Below, one piece after another: positions 52,190 to 62,719 of a stretch of DNA of 64,000 nucleotides. Each line of letters opens with the position of its first letter. Position 1 is the first letter of the stretch. The notes under the pieces are model-generated. The model was not told the DNA's origin, ran no database searches, and was given only the letters and a program-made list of their open reading frames with translations. The position numbers were made by a program, and so were the translations under genes. The stretch comes from an uncultured Lachnospiraceae bacterium (GTDB taxonomy: Bacteria > Bacillota > Clostridia > Lachnospirales > Lachnospiraceae): assembly GCA_900317825.1 (NCBI GenBank), contig ONIH01000003.1, positions 23,048 to 87,047 of the forward strand. Reading direction: 5' to 3'.

Positions 52190-53302
52190 TTATCTCTGAT
52201 TCGTAAAATTTACTGGCAGAATAATGTAATTATAAGTCTCATCATCATTCTTGATGAAGACTGGTGACTTCGAATTCATCAGGTAGAGGCTTATCTCATC
52301 ATCATCTATGACCCTTAAAGCATCCATCAGGAATCTCGGGTTGAATCCGATCATCAGGTCTTCACCTTCTTTGAGAACCTGGATATCTTCTTTCATCGAA
52401 CCGACTGCCGAATTACCCATCAGCTCGATCATATCATCAGTGATATTTACGATGACAGGCTTCTTCTCGCCTTCTTTTACGAGAAGGGTAGCACGGTTGA
52501 TACTTTCCATCAGGTCACGGCGATTTACTAGGATCTTCGTGTTGAACTGATCAGTTATCATCTGCTCGTAGTTAAAGTACTCGCCTTCTATGAGTCTGAC
52601 GACCATTGTCGTGTTCTCTATATCCACGATCATCTGGTTTTCTGTGAAAAATATCTGAGCCTCGTCGTTCATCTCACTCGAGAGGTTTTTATTTATCTCG
52701 TTTAAGGACTTTCCTGGGATCACGACTTTATGATCAGGATAAGACTGCTTCAGTTCTATGACTCTGATGGAAATCCTGTGTCCGTCGAGAGCCACCATCT
52801 TCATCTGATTTCCGTGAACTTCCAGATATACTCCAGTCATCATCTTGTTCGCTTCGTTTATAGCAGCTGCGAACGAAGTCTGCTGGATTATGTTCTTCAG
52901 AGAAAGCTGGGAGAGTACGACAGGTTCGTCTATTTTTAATATAGGCAGCTTCGGGAAATCCTGTCCGGACTTTCCGATTATCTTGTACTCGGCTTTTCCG
53001 CATCTGATTACCGTGTGAAACTGGTCATCACTTTCTAAAAATACTGTCTCTGAAGGCAGGTTCCTGACCACATCCGAAAAGAGCTTTGCATCTAACGCCA
53101 CATAACCTTCTTCTTCTATCGCTCCGTCAGAAACTATACTTTCAATACCTAAGTCCATGTTACTGGCGGTAAGCTTCATAACTCCGTTCTCTGTCTTTAA
53201 GAGAATGCATTCAAGTATAGGCATCGTAGTCTTAGATGGTACAGCCTTTGATACTACATTAACACTGTTAAGTAAGGCTGATTGTGAACATGAAATCTTC
53301 AT
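52190..53302 (-). CDS. dnaN: DNA polymerase III beta sliding clamp
   Basis: PILECILL, VALDGHRIS, RLIEGEYFNY, IGFNPRFLMDAL, YIILPV. Confidence 0.97.
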   Translation of the reverse strand: MKISCSQSALLNSVNVVSKAVPSKTTMPILECILLKTENGVMKLTASNMDLGIESIVSDGAIEEEGYVALDAKLFSDVVRNLPSETVFLESDDQFHTVIRCGKAEYKIIGKSGQDFPKLPILKIDEPVVLSQLSLKNIIQQTSFAAAINEANKMMTGVYLEVHGNQMKMVALDGHRISIRVIELKQSYPDHKVVIPGKSLNEINKNLSSEMNDEAQIFFTENQMIVDIENTTMVVRLIEGEYFNYEQMITDQFNTKILVNRRDLMESINRATLLVKEGEKKPVIVNITDDMIELMGNSAVGSMKEDIQVLKEGEDLMIGFNPRFLMDALRVIDDDEISLYLMNSKSPVFIKNDDETYNYIILPVNFTNQR

Positions 53303-53349
53303 TCAGGTTAATAACTCCTTTCGCCAGTCACTGGTGATTCCGCGAAGCG

Positions 53350-53515
53350 GTTTCGTAATAATAACAAATAAATATATAGTATCCGTATTATTATAGACTG
53401 TGGATTAGTGGACAAGTCTGTTTATAGGCTTATTTACTGTATTTCTTATCCTTTTGTTAAAAAATTTTAATGTTAGTCTGCTGTGAAAGTGTCTTTACAG
53501 ACTGTGAATAAAATC
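53350..53515. other. oriC unwinding region (dnaA-dnaN intergenic): DnaA boxes plus AT-rich DUE
   Basis: TGTGAATAA (53503) matches TTWTNCACA, TGTGGATTA (53399) has one mismatch; adjacent TATTATTATAG run and AT-rich tract at 53357-53396. Confidence 0.8.
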
Positions 53516-53518
53516 TCA

Positions 53519-54874
53519 TCAATCCGGTTTTATCTTTTTCATGATGCTGTCTATCTGTTTTTTATACTCATCGTTGCGTTTATACTCATCGGCTACTTTG
53601 TTGGCACCGTGGATAATCGTCGAATGGTCCCGTCCTCCAAGGAGTTTGCCAATCGATTCAAGTGGATTGTTTGTTAATTCCCTGCATAAATACATGGCAA
53701 TCTGTCTCGGTTCGGTGATATTTTTGCTCTTGTTCTTCGATATCATCTGGTCGACTGTAATGCCATAGTATTCAGCGACTACTTCTACTATAAGCTGAGG
53801 GGTTATTTCTCTAGGCTTTTCCGGAGCGATGATATTTGCTAATTCCTGCTCAGCTATCTCAAGAGTGATGTCAGTATGCTCGATATTCGAATAAGCTATC
53901 AGCTTGTTCAGTGCACCCTCTATCTCTCTGATGTTTGTCTTTATATTTGTGGCGATGTAGTTAAGTATCTCGTCGTCTAAATTAATGTGCTCTTCTTCGA
54001 CTTTTTTACGGAGGATGGCCATTCGGGTCTCATAGTCAGGATATCCGATGTCTGCCATAAGTCCCCATTCAAAACGGGAACGGATACGGGCTTCAAGAGT
54101 TTCCATCTCCTTTGGCGGACGATCTGATGTCAGGACTATCTGCTTTCCTGCGGAGTGCAGGGCATTAAAGGTATGGAAGAATTCCTCCTGAGTAGACTCT
54201 TTTCCGATGATGAACTGGATATCATCGATCATAAGCACGTCTACCTTACGGTATTTGTCGCGGAATTTTCCCATAGAAGTAGTGTTATTAGTACTTCTGA
54301 TGGATTCGATGACTTCGTTCAGGAACTCCTCGGAAGTCACATAGAGTACCTTTTTATCCGGGTTATTCTGAAGTATAAAATTCCCGATGGCCTGCATCAG
54401 ATGAGTCTTTCCAAGTCCTGGTCCTCCATATATATATAGGGGATTGTATCCTTCGCCCGGAGTCTCTGCGACTGCAAGAGCTGCTGACTGCGCAAAACGA
54501 TTGTTATTTCCGACTACGAAAGTGTCGAAAGTGTACTTTTCGTTCAGGTTCGATGAGGCATAGTTAGGGCTTGAGGTAACATTCACCCTTTTATCAGGCT
54601 TTTCCTTTTTATCCTTTGCCAGGATAAACTTTATCTCGTATTCTTTTCCAGTGACTTCGGCAATCTTCGTGGCGAGCGGTTTTTCATACTTCTTTGATAT
54701 GTAGTTTATCGCCATCTCGTCTGTCTCATCAGATGCCACTACGGTCACAGTCTGCCCATCTACCGAGTATATCTTCAGTGGGAGCAGCCAGGTATTAAAG
54801 GAGACGTCATTTATCTCGAAGTCCTCCTTAACGCCCTGAAGTATTTCATTCCATTTATCCTGTAACTCATTCAT
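53519..54874 (-). CDS. dnaA: Chromosomal replication initiator DnaA
   Basis: YTFDTFVVG, YNPLYIYGGPGLGKTHL, LMIDDIQF, SRFEWGL, GGRDHSTIIH; start at 54874 after GAGG. Confidence 0.98.
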   Translation of the reverse strand: MNELQDKWNEILQGVKEDFEINDVSFNTWLLPLKIYSVDGQTVTVVASDETDEMAINYISKKYEKPLATKIAEVTGKEYEIKFILAKDKKEKPDKRVNVTSSPNYASSNLNEKYTFDTFVVGNNNRFAQSAALAVAETPGEGYNPLYIYGGPGLGKTHLMQAIGNFILQNNPDKKVLYVTSEEFLNEVIESIRSTNNTTSMGKFRDKYRKVDVLMIDDIQFIIGKESTQEEFFHTFNALHSAGKQIVLTSDRPPKEMETLEARIRSRFEWGLMADIGYPDYETRMAILRKKVEEEHINLDDEILNYIATNIKTNIREIEGALNKLIAYSNIEHTDITLEIAEQELANIIAPEKPREITPQLIVEVVAEYYGITVDQMISKNKSKNITEPRQIAMYLCRELTNNPLESIGKLLGGRDHSTIIHGANKVADEYKRNDEYKKQIDSIMKKIKPD

Positions 54875-55035
54875 TAGCTGTTTCCTCATCGTGTTACTAT
54901 ATTTATATAGGAAGAAACTTTTTTATCTATAAGAAATAAAAAAATATTCCTTTATAATTCAGATTATAAAAAACCAATCTCTATTTTATCTAAAATCGCG
55001 TAAAACTTCAACCTTTTCAGTTATATTTGTGGGAT

Positions 55036-55155
55036 TTATTTACAGAAAAAATGAGTTATCCACATACTCGCGTTCATTTATTTTACAATGTTTGTTGAAG
55101 ATTTGCACCGGAAAAATATCAGTTGTCCACAAATTTGTCCACAGCGTGTGGATAA
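55036..55155. promoter_or_regulatory. DnaA-box cluster upstream of dnaA (oriC, dnaA autoregulation)
   Basis: TTATCCACA 55056, TGTGGATAA 55147, TTGTCCACA 55123 and 55135, TTATTTACA 55036. Confidence 0.85.
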
Positions 55156-55189
55156 CTATATCTTGTAATTGCGTTTTTGTATCTTGTGC

Positions 55190-55217
55190 TTGACAACTTT
55201 TGAATTTTTGCTACAAT
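55190..55217 (+). promoter_or_regulatory. SigA promoter of rpmH
   Basis: TTGACA-N16-TACAAT with extended TG. Confidence 0.75.
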
Positions 55218-55295
55218 TATAGTCGTTGTTTTGTCCGTTTTTGCGTTATTAAATGGATTATTATTTTTAAAGTATATAAAGGAGGTGCTTCTCTT

Positions 55296-55430
55296 ATGAA
55301 GATGACTTTTCAGCCAAAGAAACGTCAGAGAGCGAAGGTTCATGGTTTTCGTTCAAGAATGAGTTCAAAGGGCGGTCGTAAGGTTCTTGCAGCAAGGCGT
55401 GCAAAGGGCAGAAAGAAACTCACCGCTTAA
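55296..55430 (+). CDS. rpmH: 50S ribosomal protein L34
   Basis: [22 protein letters not shown]...[11 protein letters not shown]; AAAGGAGG RBS. Confidence 0.98.
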   Translation: MKMTFQPKKRQRAKVHGFRSRMSSKGGRKVLAARRAKGRKKLTA

Positions 55431-55436
55431 ATTTCA

Positions 55437-55462
55437 GGCCACGCTTTGTGGCCTTTTATTTT
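55437..55462 (+). terminator. Hairpin/attenuator between rpmH and rnpA
   Basis: AGGCCAC-GCTTT-GTGGCCT followed by TTTATTTTT. Confidence 0.6.
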
Positions 55463-55463
55463 T

Positions 55464-55796
55464 ATGAAGTTTACTCACTCACTTAAGAAAAATGCAGATT
55501 TCAGGAAGGTTTACAGAAAGGGCAGATCGAAAGCTGATCGTTTTTTAGTCCTGTATGTGCTACCTAATGATACGGATATAAACAGACTTGGTATTTCTGT
55601 GAGTAAGAAAGTGGGAAACAGCGTAGTAAGGCATCATCTGACCAGACTTGTCAGGGAATCCTACCGTTTGCATGAGGATTCTTATGGGAAGGGATACGAT
55701 TTCGTAGTTGTCTTACGTACTTCTTCTAAGGATGCTGGTTTTCACCAGATAGAGGATTCGCTTCTTACGCTCATGAAGTATCACGGTCTTATATAG
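55464..55796 (+). CDS. rnpA: RNase P protein component
   Basis: [28 protein letters not shown]...RLVRE. Confidence 0.95.
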   Translation: MKFTHSLKKNADFRKVYRKGRSKADRFLVLYVLPNDTDINRLGISVSKKVGNSVVRHHLTRLVRESYRLHEDSYGKGYDFVVVLRTSSKDAGFHQIEDSLLTLMKYHGLI

Positions 55797-55803
55797 AATT
55801 GCT

Positions 55804-56016
55804 ATGGCAAAGAAATTTTTGATTTTTCTTATTAAATTTTACAGGAAATACATTTCTCCGTGGAAGACGACGAAGTGTCCCTATTATCCGACCTGTTCGA
55901 CTTACGGTCTTCAGGCAGTGGAAAAATACGGCGCCCTGAAGGGTGGAGCTCTCGCTTTCTGGAGAATTCTCAGGTGTAATCCGTTCTCACATGGCGGATA
56001 TGACCCTGTTCCGTGA
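55804..56016 (+). CDS. yidD: Membrane protein insertion efficiency factor YidD
   Basis: [34 protein letters not shown]. Confidence 0.95.
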   Translation: MAKKFLIFLIKFYRKYISPWKTTKCPYYPTCSTYGLQAVEKYGALKGGALAFWRILRCNPFSHGGYDPVP

Positions 56017-56029
56017 TTGGAGGATTATT

Positions 56030-57295
56030 TTGCCAGCACTTTTTTTAACTGCTTATAATGGTTCCTTTATCGGACCTATAGCTCGTGGCCTTGGCTGGGT
56101 CATGGATAAAATCTATTATTTTATCTATTCTTTACTTGGGATACACGGTGGTGCGATCGCCATAGCTATCATGCTTTTCACGATCATCATCTACATGGCG
56201 CTTCTTCCTCTGACTTACAAGCAGCAGAAGTTCTCGATGCTTCAGAGAAAAATGCAGCCGGAGATGCAGGCTATCCAGAAGAAGTACAAGGGTAAGACAG
56301 ATCAGGCTTCAATGCAGGCCATGCAGGAAGAGACTTCGGCACTGTATGATAAGTACGGAGTTTCTCCTATGGGAAGCTGTATACAGCTTCTTATCCAGAT
56401 GCCTATCCTGTTCGCTCTGTACCGTGTGTTCTATAATATTCCGGCTTACTTAAGCAGTGTTAAGAATATTTTTTCAGGACTTGTAGATGGAATAGTAAAG
56501 ACTGATGGTTTCGAGAAGCTGTTAAAACCGCTCGTACAGACAGCCCACCTGACAAATATAGATTTCACCGCTGGTGGAAGTACAGCTATAAAGAATCATG
56601 TAGTCGATGTACTTTATAAGCTGCCAGATAGTGGATGGACTACTCTGAAGAATGATTTTCCTGATCTGAGCTCTCAGATCCAGACGACACATGATCATCT
56701 GAAGGCTGTAAACTACTTCGGTATTCTCAATGTCTCCGATACTCCGGGCAGTATGATTATGTCCGGTATCCACGGAGCCGGAATCGGTCTTACTATTGCA
56801 GCTTTCATGATTCCAGTTGTGGCCTATGTGACTCAGTTTCTCAATATGAAGCTGACACCGCAGTCATCTGATGCAAATGATTCTATGGCTCGTCAGATGA
56901 GGACGATGAATCTTCTGATGCCTCTGATGACACTGTTTATCTCTTTTACGACTCCTGTAGGTCTGTCTCTCTACTGGATCGCCGGTGCCGTGATCAGATC
57001 TATACAGCAGGTAATTCTGAACAGACACTTTGAAAAAGTAAATCTGGACGATATAATAGAGCAGAACAAAGAAAAAGCTGCCAAGAAAGCTGAGAAGCGC
57101 GGCATCAAGCGTGAGAAGATGATGCAGTACGCAAATATGAGCACCAGAAATATGTCTGCAAAGGCGAACGTTTCTGAGCAGAAGACCGAGCAGCTGAATA
57201 AAGCCAAAGAAGCCTCTTCCAAAGCTAAGAAAGGAAGCATGACTTCAAAAGCTAACCTTGTTAAGGATTTTAACGACAGGAATTCAAAAAAATAG
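56030..57295 (+). CDS. yidC: Membrane protein insertase YidC/Oxa1
   Basis: LLPLTYKQQK, QPEMQAIQKKY, CIQLLIQMPILFALY, GLSLYWIAG; TTG start after GGAGG. Confidence 0.93.
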   Translation: MPALFLTAYNGSFIGPIARGLGWVMDKIYYFIYSLLGIHGGAIAIAIMLFTIIIYMALLPLTYKQQKFSMLQRKMQPEMQAIQKKYKGKTDQASMQAMQEETSALYDKYGVSPMGSCIQLLIQMPILFALYRVFYNIPAYLSSVKNIFSGLVDGIVKTDGFEKLLKPLVQTAHLTNIDFTAGGSTAIKNHVVDVLYKLPDSGWTTLKNDFPDLSSQIQTTHDHLKAVNYFGILNVSDTPGSMIMSGIHGAGIGLTIAAFMIPVVAYVTQFLNMKLTPQSSDANDSMARQMRTMNLLMPLMTLFISFTTPVGLSLYWIAGAVIRSIQQVILNRHFEKVNLDDIIEQNKEKAAKKAEKRGIKREKMMQYANMSTRNMSAKANVSEQKTEQLNKAKEASSKAKKGSMTSKANLVKDFNDRNSKK

Positions 57296-57307
57296 GAGGG
57301 CTTTTAA

Positions 57308-57943
57308 ATGGAAGAATTCAAGGAATTTACCGGTAAGACGGTAGAAGATGCTATAACAGCAGCTTCCGTTGAATTAGGGGTTCCATCAGACGAGATAGAG
57401 TACGATGTCTTAGAGAAGGGTTCGACAGGTGGTCTTTTCGGTATCGGGTCAAAAGACGCCGTAATAAACGCCAGAAAGAAAGAGACTTCCTGCGAGGACG
57501 TCGCCCGTCAGTTCTTAGATGATGTCTTCGAGAAAATGGGTATAGACGTTGATCTGGAAATGCTCTTTAACGACGAAGAAAATACTCTCTCGATAAATAT
57601 GTCAGGTGACCGCATGGGAATGCTTATTGGAAAGCGTGGTCAGACTCTTGATAGTCTTCAGTACCTGACAAACCTCGTGGTGAATAAAGGTTCTGATGAG
57701 TATATCCGTGTAAAAATGGATACAGAGGATTACAGACACAGACGTAAAGAAACTCTTGAGAACCTTGCGAGAAATATGGCTTACAAGGCCAGACGTTCAC
57801 GCAAGTCAGTTTCTTTAGAGCCTATGAATCCTTATGAGAGAAGGATCATCCATTACGCTCTCCAGGACGAGGAAAATATCAGCACACATTCTGAGGGTGA
57901 AGAGCCTTACAGACATATAGTCATAGATTACGTTCGTTCGTAA
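57308..57943 (+). CDS. jag: RNA-binding protein Jag/EloR (KhpB)
   Basis: GKTVEDAI Jag_N, KH LIGKRGQTLDSLQYL, R3H PMNPYERRIIH. Confidence 0.95.
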   Translation: MEEFKEFTGKTVEDAITAASVELGVPSDEIEYDVLEKGSTGGLFGIGSKDAVINARKKETSCEDVARQFLDDVFEKMGIDVDLEMLFNDEENTLSINMSGDRMGMLIGKRGQTLDSLQYLTNLVVNKGSDEYIRVKMDTEDYRHRRKETLENLARNMAYKARRSRKSVSLEPMNPYERRIIHYALQDEENISTHSEGEEPYRHIVIDYVRS

Positions 57944-57964
57944 ATTTTTGTTACTTTTGAGTTT

Positions 57965-57996
57965 AAGCCTGTTTCCGTTCTGGTAACAGGCTTTTG
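57965..57996 (+). terminator. Terminator after jag
   Basis: AAGCCTGTT-loop-AACAGGCTT followed by TTGTTTT. Confidence 0.75.
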
Positions 57997-58009
57997 TTTT
58001 ATGAAGGAT

Positions 58010-58166
58010 TTATCAACTTTATCCACATTTTTTGTTGATAAGTCTGTTCTCTTTTTGTGATGATTAGTGAATCTGATACTATAGCAGCACTTGCGACACC
58101 GCTTTCAGCCTCTGGAATAGGCATCATCAGGGTCAGTGGAGAAGATTCCATTTCACTTGTGGATAA
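58010..58166. promoter_or_regulatory. DnaA boxes at the jag-mnmE junction
   Basis: TTATCCACA 58019, TGTTGATAA 58033, TTATCAACT 58010, TGTGGATAA 58158. Confidence 0.65.
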
Positions 58167-59433
58167 AATCTTCCACGGCCGAAAACCTCTGACTGAATAC
58201 GGTGCTAATACGATAAACTACGGTCATATAGTTGATAAAAATGGCCATGTAGTTGATGAGGTACTGGTTTCTGTATTCAAAGTTCCACATAGTTATACCG
58301 GTGAAGATTCTGTCGAGATAAACTGTCATGGTGGCGTTTACGTTCTGAGAAAAGTGCTTTCTCTTGTTTACGATACGGGTATCCGTCCAGCTGAGCCAGG
58401 TGAATTCTCAAAGAGAGCTTTCTTAAATGGCAGGATGGATCTGTCTGAGGCTGAATCTGTTATGGAACTGATTTCTTCAGGCAGTGAAGCTTCATATAAG
58501 AATTCTATTCGTCAGCTTTCTGGATTTCTATCGAAAAAAGTAAAAAAAATCCGTGCTGAGATCATCCATGAGGCAGCTTTTGTTGAAGCTGCATTAGACG
58601 ATCCTGAGCATTATGATCTGGAAGGGTTTGATGATAAACTGGTTGTTTCTCTTAATATATGGATTAAGGAGATAAAGAACCTGATAGATTCCTATCATCA
58701 GGGAAGTCTGATAAAGGACGGAATAAATACTGTCATATCAGGAAGGCCAAATGTAGGTAAATCATCTCTTCTGAATTTCCTTTCAGGACATGAGAAGGCT
58801 ATAGTCACCGATATTCCTGGGACTACAAGAGATATGATAGAAGACAGGGTAGTGCTTGGAGATATAGTATTAAATCTCGTGGATACTGCCGGTATTCGTA
58901 AGACTTCGGATGCTGTAGAATCTATAGGAGTTGAAAAAGCTATAAAAGCTCAGTCAGACGCAGAACTTAATCTCTATATGGTTGATTCATCCGTTCAACT
59001 ATCTGATGATGATAAGAAATACCTGTCTTCGTTTGATCCATCATCTACCGTTGTTCTACTGAATAAGTCAGATCTTGATTCTGCTGTAGATATAGATGCT
59101 ATTCACCAATTCTTTAATGGCTACGTGGTAGATTTTTCTACTAAGAGTGGTGATGGTTATGATGAACTGAAGACGGCTATTTCAGATCTATTTTTTGATG
59201 GCGGACTGGATAAGGACAGATTTTACATTACTTCTGAACAGAATTATAATTGCCTGAGTGATGCTCTTAAATCTCTGGAGCTGGTACAGTCTTCTATAGC
59301 AAATGGTCTTTCCGAAGATTTTTTCACGTCAGATTTGTATGACGCTTATAGGTCACTCGGGTATATAATCGGTGAAGAAGTGGAAGAGGACCTTGTGAAT
59401 AAGGTATTCTCTGATTTTTGTATGGGTAAGTGA
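58057..59433 (+). CDS. mnmE: tRNA modification GTPase MnmE (TrmE)
   Basis: [51 protein letters not shown]-terminal FCMGK. Confidence 0.97.
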   Translation: MMISESDTIAALATPLSASGIGIIRVSGEDSISLVDKIFHGRKPLTEYGANTINYGHIVDKNGHVVDEVLVSVFKVPHSYTGEDSVEINCHGGVYVLRKVLSLVYDTGIRPAEPGEFSKRAFLNGRMDLSEAESVMELISSGSEASYKNSIRQLSGFLSKKVKKIRAEIIHEAAFVEAALDDPEHYDLEGFDDKLVVSLNIWIKEIKNLIDSYHQGSLIKDGINTVISGRPNVGKSSLLNFLSGHEKAIVTDIPGTTRDMIEDRVVLGDIVLNLVDTAGIRKTSDAVESIGVEKAIKAQSDAELNLYMVDSSVQLSDDDKKYLSSFDPSSTVVLLNKSDLDSAVDIDAIHQFFNGYVVDFSTKSGDGYDELKTAISDLFFDGGLDKDRFYITSEQNYNCLSDALKSLELVQSSIANGLSEDFFTSDLYDAYRSLGYIIGEEVEEDLVNKVFSDFCMGK

Positions 59434-59434
59434 T

Positions 59435-61318
59435 ATGGGACAAATAGAAGAAAATTATGATTGTGTAGTCGTTGGTGCCGGTCATGCAGGTTGCGAAGCC
59501 GCACTGGCTTCTGCCAGGATGGGACTTAAGACGATCATTTTTACAGTGAGCATGGATTCTGTGGCTTTCATGCCATGTAATCCTCATATTGGCGGTTCAT
59601 CGAAGGGACATCTGGTCCGTGAGATCGATGCACTCGGCGGTGAAATGGCTAAAAATATCGACAAGACTTTCATCCAGTCGAAGATGCTTAATTCAAGTAA
59701 GGGACCGGCCGTTCATTCTCTCAGATGTCAGGCTGATAAGATGGCCTATTCTATAGAGATGAGAAAAGTGCTTCAGTCGACTCCGAATCTGGTTCTCCGT
59801 CAGGCTGAGGTCTGTGATCTCATGATAGAGAATGGTCAGATAAAGGGTGTAAAGACTATCTCCGGAGCGACTTATTTTTCAAAGGCTGTGGTTCTCTGCA
59901 CTGGAACTTACCTGAATGCCAGATGCCTGTACGGAAGTGTCATAGAATACACTGGTCCGAATGGTCTTAAGGCTGCCACTCACCTGAGTGACTCACTTCG
60001 TGCAAATAATGTCAAACTTCTCCGCTTTAAGACTGGTACACCTGCAAGAATTGACAGACGTTCTATTGATTTTTCAAAGATGACTGAGCAGTTCGGGGAT
60101 CCTGTGATCACGCCTTTTTCGTTTACTTCTGATAAGCGAAAGATACAGAAGCCGCAGGTTTCCTGCTTTCTGACGTATACTAATGAACACACTCATGATA
60201 TCATCCGTGCTCATCTGGATGAAAGCCCGATTTACGCCGGTGTTATCGAAGGTACTGGTCCCAGATATTGCCCGTCACTCGAAGATAAAGTGGTAAAATT
60301 CAGCGATAAGAAAAGACATCAGCTGTTTATAGAGCCTGAAGGACTGATGACTAATGAGATGTATGTAAGCGGTGCTTCATCTTCTATGCCTGAGTCCGTT
60401 CAGTATGAGTTCTACCATTCTATTGCTGGTCTGGAGCATTGTGATATAGTCCGAAATGCTTATGCTATAGAGTATGACTGTCTTGCATCTCATCAGCTTA
60501 AAGCCTCACTTGAGTTCAAGGCTGTTTCGGGTCTTTTCTCAGGTGGTCAGTTCAATGGAAGCAGCGGTTATGAAGAGGCTGCTGCTCAGGGACTTATAGC
60601 TGGAATAAATGCTGCGCGCTTTGTTCAGAAGAAAAATCCTATAGTTCTGTCTCGTTCTGATGGATACATAGGTGTTCTGATAGATGATCTGGTAACTAAA
60701 GAACTTACAGAACCTTACCGAATGATGACATCCAGAGCGGAATATCGCCTCCTTTTACGCCAGGATAACGCAGATATTCGTCTTTCAAAATATGGACATG
60801 ATGCCGGGCTTATATCTGACGACCGATATGAGCAGGTTGAGAATAAGATAGAAGAGACCAGAGAAGAAATCGAACGTGTAGATAGAGTATTTGTCGGTGA
60901 TAATCAGAAGACAAGGGATTTTCTTCAGGCGTATCATTCTGTTCCTGTTAATTCCGGAATCGGACTTTCAGAGCTTATCAGAAGACCTGAATTATCTTAT
61001 GATAAGACTGCTCCTCTCGATGAAGACCGCCCTCATCTGAATGATTCTGTAAGAGAGCAGGTGAACATCCAGATAAAGTATTCAGGTTATATAGAAAGAC
61101 AGGAAAAGCAGGTAAAGCATTTCCAGAGGCTCGAAGATAAGCTGATACCTGAAGAACTTGACTATGATAAAGTTCCTTCTTTAAGAATTGAAGCCAGACA
61201 GAAATTAAAGGCTGCAAGACCTGTTAGTATAGGGCAGGCGTCTCGTATCCTAGGAGTTTCACCGTCGGACGTATCTGTTCTGATGATCTACATAGAGTCA
61301 GGAAAGTATCTACAGTAG
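59435..61318 (+). CDS. mnmG: tRNA uridine-5-carboxymethylaminomethyl modification enzyme MnmG (GidA)
   Basis: [46 protein letters not shown]. Confidence 0.97.
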   Translation: MGQIEENYDCVVVGAGHAGCEAALASARMGLKTIIFTVSMDSVAFMPCNPHIGGSSKGHLVREIDALGGEMAKNIDKTFIQSKMLNSSKGPAVHSLRCQADKMAYSIEMRKVLQSTPNLVLRQAEVCDLMIENGQIKGVKTISGATYFSKAVVLCTGTYLNARCLYGSVIEYTGPNGLKAATHLSDSLRANNVKLLRFKTGTPARIDRRSIDFSKMTEQFGDPVITPFSFTSDKRKIQKPQVSCFLTYTNEHTHDIIRAHLDESPIYAGVIEGTGPRYCPSLEDKVVKFSDKKRHQLFIEPEGLMTNEMYVSGASSSMPESVQYEFYHSIAGLEHCDIVRNAYAIEYDCLASHQLKASLEFKAVSGLFSGGQFNGSSGYEEAAAQGLIAGINAARFVQKKNPIVLSRSDGYIGVLIDDLVTKELTEPYRMMTSRAEYRLLLRQDNADIRLSKYGHDAGLISDDRYEQVENKIEETREEIERVDRVFVGDNQKTRDFLQAYHSVPVNSGIGLSELIRRPELSYDKTAPLDEDRPHLNDSVREQVNIQIKYSGYIERQEKQVKHFQRLEDKLIPEELDYDKVPSLRIEARQKLKAARPVSIGQASRILGVSPSDVSVLMIYIESGKYLQ

Positions 61319-61517
61319 TTTATCAGGGTATGTCTTCAGATAACTCACTAAGTTACGGCGTTGCATCACCATCATCTGTTCAAAGTGGGCCTATGCGCTC
61401 CTTCTTCAACATACCTTTTTGCTTTTATTTGTATGTTTTTACTTCATGCCGGGAACGGTCCAAAGCTTTGAACAGGCGTGGCCATGCATGCCTGATATTA
61501 AGAAAGTTTATAATTTT

Positions 61518-62252
61518 ATGGATGATAATTTTTTAGTAAATAGCTTTAAGCTTCTAGGAGTTGACCTTTCAGATGATCAGGTTAACAAGTTCAACAGGTA
61601 TTATGAGATGCTTGTTGAAAAAAATAAGGTGATGAACCTTACAACTATTACTGACTATAAGGATGTCGTAGTTAAGCATTTCGTTGATTCTCTTTCATGC
61701 GTTATGCTTGCGCCAGAGTTTGACATCACATCTCAGTTAAAAACTGGTGCATCTGTGATTGATGTGGGCACTGGGGCTGGTTTTCCTGGTATTCCTTTAA
61801 AAATAGTCTTCCCTGAGATTAGGCTGACTTTGCTTGATTCACTGAATAAGAGAGTAGAGTTCTTAAAGGATGTCTGTTCTGAGCTTGAGTTTTCAGATGT
61901 GACTTTTATACATGGCCGGGCAGAAGACGCTGCACACGATAAAAAATTTCGTGAGTCTTTTAACTTCTGTGTTTCACGTGCTGTTGCTAATCTTTCTACT
62001 TTATCTGAGTATTGCCTGCCTTTCGTGATGACTCATGGTTATTTTCTCTCATATAAGTCTGAGAAGGCTGATCAGGAAATCGCTGACTCTAAAAAAGCTC
62101 TGGCTGTGCTCGGTGGAAGTATTGCTGTCGAAAAAAAATTCTCACTTCCTGATACTGATATTTCCAGGACTCTTGTCCTTATAAAGAAGGACAAAGGGAC
62201 TCCTAAGACTTATCCTCGTAAAGCCGGAACTCCTTCCAAAAAACCACTGTGA
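61518..62252 (+). CDS. rsmG: 16S rRNA m7G527 methyltransferase RsmG (GidB)
   Basis: NKVMNLT, KHFVDSL, DVGTGAGFPGIPL, SRAVA, YPRKAGTPSKKPL. Confidence 0.96.
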   Translation: MDDNFLVNSFKLLGVDLSDDQVNKFNRYYEMLVEKNKVMNLTTITDYKDVVVKHFVDSLSCVMLAPEFDITSQLKTGASVIDVGTGAGFPGIPLKIVFPEIRLTLLDSLNKRVEFLKDVCSELEFSDVTFIHGRAEDAAHDKKFRESFNFCVSRAVANLSTLSEYCLPFVMTHGYFLSYKSEKADQEIADSKKALAVLGGSIAVEKKFSLPDTDISRTLVLIKKDKGTPKTYPRKAGTPSKKPL

Positions 62253-62262
62253 GGTGATCGTT

Positions 62263-62583
62263 ATGATAGAAGAGTATCTTAATCAAAGACTCGAACTTCT
62301 TTCTTCTGAAAAAAATAAATTGAAGGATCAGCTTCTTTCAATCCGTTCGTCTATTTCGACCGCAAAGCTGCAGTTGGATGACTATGTGTCATCCAATACC
62401 AGACCTTTCGAACCTTTTTATCCTAGGAAAGAGTTCAAGTACGATGATGAGCTTGCTTCTCTGAATAAGTCGGTTACTGATCTGTCAACTCAGTTTGAGC
62501 TGGTGAATAAGTCTTTAAAGACTGTTGAGAGTGAGATTGATACTGTGAATTCATGCTTGGAGGAGTACAAGAACTTGAGGTGA
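62263..62583 (+). CDS. Small coiled-coil hypothetical protein
   Basis: GAGGTG RBS overlapping the rsmG stop, heptad-rich 106 aa. Confidence 0.65.
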   Translation: MIEEYLNQRLELLSSEKNKLKDQLLSIRSSISTAKLQLDDYVSSNTRPFEPFYPRKEFKYDDELASLNKSVTDLSTQFELVNKSLKTVESEIDTVNSCLEEYKNLR

Positions 62584-62599
62584 TGTTTCACGTGAAACA
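62584..62599. other. parS centromere site
   Basis: Perfect palindrome TGTTTCACGTGAAACA. Confidence 0.95.
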
Positions 62600-62658
62600 T
62601 CATTATATGGTGGTTGTAATGGAGACTCATTTATCAACTACTAGAATTGGTGGATAAA

Positions 62659-62674
62659 TGTTTCACGTGAAACA
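62659..62674. other. parS centromere site
   Basis: Perfect palindrome TGTTTCACGTGAAACA. Confidence 0.95.
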
Positions 62675-62719
62675 TTATCTGGGATAGTAGTGACGGCAAA
62701 TGTATTTTGATGGGGCGGT

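Noticed and set aside
61330-61536. 68-aa ORF between mnmG and rsmG
   Set aside because: No recognisable motif, overlaps the rsmG start out of frame; the region is better explained by its inverted-repeat structure
61970-61985. parS-like TGTTTCACGTG inside rsmG
   Set aside because: Only a half-site plus core, explained by the conserved VSRAV codons
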